Below are positions 59,501 through 64,000 of a stretch of 64,000 bases of DNA, piece after piece; position 1 is the stretch's first letter, and every line of letters begins with the position of its first letter. The DNA comes from Chrysemys picta bellii. Taxonomy: Eukaryota. The DNA lies in assembly GCF_011386835.1 (NCBI RefSeq), contig NC_088796.1:2790001-2854000 (forward strand), given 5' to 3'. The notes below the pieces were generated by a model, which had not been told where the DNA came from, ran no database searches, and saw only the letters and a list, made by a program, of their open reading frames with translations. The position numbers and the translations under genes were made by a program.

Positions 59501-61207
59501 GCTACATTGGCTGGGGGACGCAGTGGGGCTCCCCGCTGCGGAGAAGCTGGTGGGTGATTCCTAGGGCCTGTCCCTGCTGCAGGGTGAATGGCTGCGGTGT
59601 CCCGCTCTGCCCTGGGAGGTGAACACAGCACCAGGGAGTCTTTTATCTCCTCCTGGCGTCCCCACTGCCCTGTCTGGTAGCAGAGCGGCACAGCACAGCT
59701 CTCGGGGTCCCAGCACGCGGCGCGGGAGACAAGGAGACGAGCAGGAGCGGGCGCCGGGTACGGAACAGAAGGTGTCTGGCAGCGCAGCTCCATGTCAAGG
59801 CTGCGAGGACTGAAAGCGCGTGGGTGGGGGAAGCTGGCGACACACATAATACAGTGGGGAAGGGATACAGGACGCCCTGCGTGCCAGCTCCCACGGGGAG
59901 TCAAGGCACGGATTGCTCCTGCCTGCCCAGCGGGCACTGAATGGCCTTGCAGCGGCTAGGAGAACAGGGCGAAAGCTGAGGCCGGGGACCAGGAAAACTG
60001 GAATCGTGTCCCGAAGGAAGGGCTGGGAGCCCCATTGCATGGGACACGGGGGAACAATCCTGCACTGGCCATGGGGCTTTGCTCCACGTCAGCTCCAGCC
60101 CCAGGGCCCCCCCGCATGGCCCCAAGGAGAGGTCTGCGGAGCGCCTGGTGCCCAGAGCCCCGTTCCCTCCGCCTTTCTTCCCTTCCCAGCCCAGCTCTGT
60201 GGTCTCTGCTGCCAGCAGGGAGCCCCATTCCCCTCAGCTGGGCCCCTCGTCCCAGGGAAGAGTCTGTGAGGGGGCTAGAGGTGCCCGCGCCCCCCACCGC
60301 AGGGTCCTGCATGACAGCGCCCTGTGCTGCTGCTCCCGGGGAGGCCCCTGGCTCGCCCCGGTGCGGTTTGTGCTACTGATGGCTCCTCCGGGGCCTGCTG
60401 CGCCCACATGCCCGGGCCTCCCCGTCACCAGCAGCTGGGGTGGAGGAACGGCTCCCAGCCCATGCATGCCTGGGGCCAGGGCTTGGGTCCGCAGCAGACG
60501 GCTGTGACAGCACAGTCACCAGCTGGGTACTGTCCAGTACTAGGACCCCCCCGCTGTGGGGGTCCCGCCGGCCCCTCCTCTTCTCCCCCAGGCCTTTCGC
60601 TGGCTCCTTATTTGCACTGCTGTGGTGGTGAGGTGTCTCCCAGCCCAGTCCAGCTCCGCTTGCCCGGGGGTGGGGTCTGGGAGACCTGCTGCCTGCAGAC
60701 CCTGAGGCTGGTGTCTGATCAGTACCATGTGGGACAGGAACCGGCCCAGGCTGGGGGCTCTGCAGGCTGGGGGAGCCCTGGCATCTGGCTGGCAGGAGGT
60801 TCTCTGACATGGCCACACTGCATCTAACCCTGCGGCTCACGGCTTTCCAGCTCTCATTGCCACGTGCCCTTAGCACAGCCTGGCCCACTCCCCAGCCCTG
60901 CAGGTGGGGCTCAGGGTGGGCAGGCCCCGTAGCTGCTGCCAGGGTGAGCACCGGGCATTAGCCGGCGGGGGGTGACTCAGAGAGGGGATCCTGCCCGCAG
61001 GGACCCAGGGAGAAAGCTCCCCCCTCGCCAGGCTGTTCCAGAATTGCCCACTCAGGGGCTCTTGCGCCCTCCCGGGAAGCAGCTGGTGCTGGGCACTGTC
61101 AGGGACGGGATACTGGGCAGGCCAGAGCCTGGGCCGAGCTGCAGGGGCAATGCCCGTGTTCCCACCTAGCATCGAGGGGCTGCATGCCAACGCGGCCCGA
61201 GCCTCCT

Positions 61208-61877
61208 TGCAACAGTGCGGACTCACCCCCGCGGCGCCTCCTGCTGGTCGGCTCAGGAATTAGCTCCTCCAGCCTCTGGAGCGCCCTCTGCAGGCCGGTG
61301 TCCCGCTACCCCCTGTGTCCCTCCCAGGACCCGGTGCCCCTTGTCTGGGGTGTTGCCCTGGCAGTAACCCCTGACAGCTCTAGGTCTCCCCATCCCAGGG
61401 GAACCCCCACCCACTATCCCCACTTCGCCTCAGTGTTGGCTACTGTCCAGTCTCCATCTAGCCCCCGTTCACTGGGGCAGACGGCAGTATCAGCCACTCC
61501 TCACAGGCAAAGGGGTTCGGACCTACTGCCTCTGCCTACCCATGGCCTGCCTCCTGCAATCCCAGTACCCAGCTGGCCTTACCCTAGGCCGCAGCCTGGA
61601 GGTTTCCAGGCCAGAGCTCCCCAGCTCCTCTGGCCTTCCCCCAGCCCTGCTCACCCAGGTGCACTCCCTAGCAGCCAGGCCCTTCTCCCTCTAAAGGCAG
61701 AGAGGGTCGGTCTGCTCGAGCCGCTGGCTCAAGTCTTTATAGGGCCAGCTGGGCGCTGATTGGGGCGTGGCCCCGCTCAGCCTGCTTCCCCCAATCAGCC
61801 CAGCTTTTCCCCTGCCACCGCCCTCCCCCCCGGGCTGTTTTAAGCCTTTCCAAGCAGGAGGGTGACCCCCCGCTACA
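61208..61877 (+). mobile_element. Probable solo LTR (670 bp)
   Basis: TG...CCGCTACA termini, TSD CTCCT/CTGCT (4/5). The 3' part is shared with the 34695-35060 element. Confidence 0.65.
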
Positions 61878-64000
61878 CTGCTCCATCCCCTTGACGGGGA
61901 ACCAGGGTCAGACACCCTGGGCAGCCCCCCAGGGCTGTCCCACTCCGGAGAAGGGAGGGCATTGTCCATGGCTCCTGAGGGATGCTCATCTCGGGCTCTC
62001 TGGTCCCTACAGGCCCCATCTCCAACACCCCCCTTCCCTCGCCCTCCTGCTGCCCCGCCCCCTTCCCGGCTTCCCCCGGCCCCACAGGCTCTGCACAGAC
62101 ACCGCACACAGGGTCCCCTCGAAACAGGACCAAAAGCGCCTCGGATTTGGCTTCCTGCCTCCCACCTGGGGCTGCAGAGGAAGGTGAAGCTACCCACAAT
62201 GCACCTGGCTCGTGGTGCAATACCTCGTGTGACCCCCCCTCAAATTGTCCCCGTTGCCCTTTTCGGGGTCTTTTCAGTCCCAGATCTTCCCGTGGGCCTC
62301 TGACATCCCATCCAAGCCCCTCCCGCTCTGACTTCCCAATCCCCCACCCCCCGGCCGTAGCCCCTGCTCCCCGCACCCGGGCTCCATCTTGCCCTCTGGT
62401 GCCAGCCAGACCCTCCCTGTCCTCACCCTTCCCAGCCCCACCCCGCCCTGTGCTGGGCCCCCAGCAACCGCCCCAACACACACTGCAGATGCCCTGGCCC
62501 AGGCCCCAGCCGGTTCTGCTCCCGGATGCTCGAGGTGCCAGCCGGCTGGCGCCGGGTCATCTCTGTGAGCCCCCAGCCGGCACAGCAGAGGGCAAGTCCC
62601 TCGCCGCGGGCTGCGGAGACGTTCCAGCAACGCTGCCTCTGCGGGGGGTGATGCTGAAAGGCCCTGGGGGAGCCTCGGAGCGGAGGGGAGAGCTGAAGTC
62701 AGGGCTGGGGTGTTCCAGACCCAACTGCCCCCGGCTCTAGAAACCAGGCCGCAGGACCCAGCCCTGGCGCTTGGCCTGGGACAGCTCCAGGCACAGGGGC
62801 AGCATGGGGGAGGGAGACACAGGAGCCTGGGAGTGGGACAGGGGTGAAAGTGGATGGCGGCCGAGCTGGCAGGGAGATGGGGGCAGAAGCCAGCGGCGCA
62901 GATATTGGCCTGAGCCCGGCAGCCAAGCCAGACAGGAGCCCAGCTGAGGTGACTAGTGCAGAGGTGGGCGTCTGGCGCGGGGGGTGGCCGATGCACCCCA
63001 TGCATTAGGGACGAGGGGCTGGCCTAGGGGTTGCTCCCATGTGACAGCTGTTGGAGGACTCCTCTGCGATGGGTGTGGCAGCGTCAGGTGTCCCTGGCCC
63101 CCGCAGAGCTCGCCGGGCAGCACAGCGGCATGGGGCTGGCACCTGCCCAGGTTGTGTGCATGAGCAGAGCTGTCCTGGCGTGGGGTAGAAGCGCTGTGTG
63201 AGAGCAGCCTCCCTACCTGGGTGAGCGCCACCAGCCTGCCCCCCCCTCCTTCCCAGCTGCCCTGTCCCCCCGACAGGGCTCCGCTCCCCAACCTACCGCC
63301 CGCGCTGCTGTCTGTACTGACAGTGCCAGGCTGGCAGGTCTTTGGGCTCCCGGGCTGCTCGTGCCCCCCACCCCAAAGTCAGAGAGGGAAAAGCCCTATT
63401 GGGTCCCACCCACTTTGGGTCACAGCCGCATCCCAGGAGCCTGGGCCGGGCCAGGCCGGTCCCTGCAGCACATGCCATGGGGCTGTGTGACCTGGTGCTG
63501 TGCAGGAGGGCATATGCCATGGCTCATTCAGCACCGGGGCTCACTGGCAGCTAACGCCCCCCCAACATACACACATGCCGTGGGGGAGGGGGTAGCTGAG
63601 CTCTCCCTGGTGGGGGTCAGGGGGGTTCCCTTGGGTCCAAGAGCCGCAGGCTGCTGGCTGCTAGAGGGCGCCCCCTGCTGGGCAGATGGAGGGCGATTTC
63701 CACCCCCATCCCGCTAACGGGAGGGGTTCGAGTGAGTCGCTTTAGGCTGCTGCTGCTGTTCCCCTGGGCACTGCCCTGTCCCTGGGAAGCTGAGCTGAAA
63801 TGCCCCTGAGGCCCCCGAAAGCTGCCTGATGGGTCTGAGCCAGTGACCCTCACTCCAGCCCTGCCACTGTTCAGCCCCTGTGGGAACAGTTCAGCCCAAG
63901 ATACTGGATCTGCCCCAGGGACCAGGCCCTGAGCTCACGTGGCACCTGCTCTATGTGCCAGCTTGGGGCCCATTGGCGCGTGTGACCAGGAGAAGCTGCT

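Noticed and set aside
63108-63221. Exon-like segment with CCCCGCAG acceptor and GTGAGC donor
   Set aside because: Stops in all three frames. At most a non-coding exon, with no further support.
57471-63853. Long ORFs up to 287 aa in the GC-rich right end
   Set aside because: Overlapping ORFs in several frames and on both strands, low-complexity Pro/Gly/Ala/Arg composition and no domains: typical of stop-poor GC-rich DNA.
24000-64000. PHF24 exons expected from human synteny
   Set aside because: No PHD-finger or other PHF24 peptide found. Brief resemblances (PCRVC near 46170, AAIH near 59570, ERLR near 62630) do not extend.

Overview
Vertebrate genomic DNA, very probably a turtle. The evidence is tortoise-type tRNA-head/CR1-tail Pol III SINEs, abundant CR1, a Penelope GIY-YIG element and SCAN-gag Gypsy LTRs; the species cannot be fixed from sequence alone. 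The only confidently identified gene is DNAJB5 (HSP40, class B) on the minus strand. It has a non-coding exon 1 in a CpG island (donor at 22916), an alternative coding exon (ATG 19190) adding a 34-aa N-terminal extension, the J-domain exon (14216-14460) and the G/F plus C-terminal-domain exon (5933-6531). The terminal coding exon is not seen and probably lies left of the window. The promoter carries a three-unit heat-shock element, five co-oriented CCAAT boxes and CRE/UPRE-like sites. Intron 1 holds a ~1.35 kb GC minisatellite with a clear CpG-decay gradient. The rest of the window is mostly transposable elements: CR1, L2, Penelope with a decayed hammerhead motif, hAT and Harbinger-like MITEs with target-site duplications, solo LTRs, and an internally deleted SCAN-gag Gypsy element (tRNA-iMet PBS) inserted into a G-rich minisatellite. 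Also noted are a 20-bp-period RFX-box-like array, CTCF-like motifs and a few unassigned plus-strand exon candidates. I found no convincing wholly new biological system; most long ORFs in the track are GC-rich or repeat artefacts.
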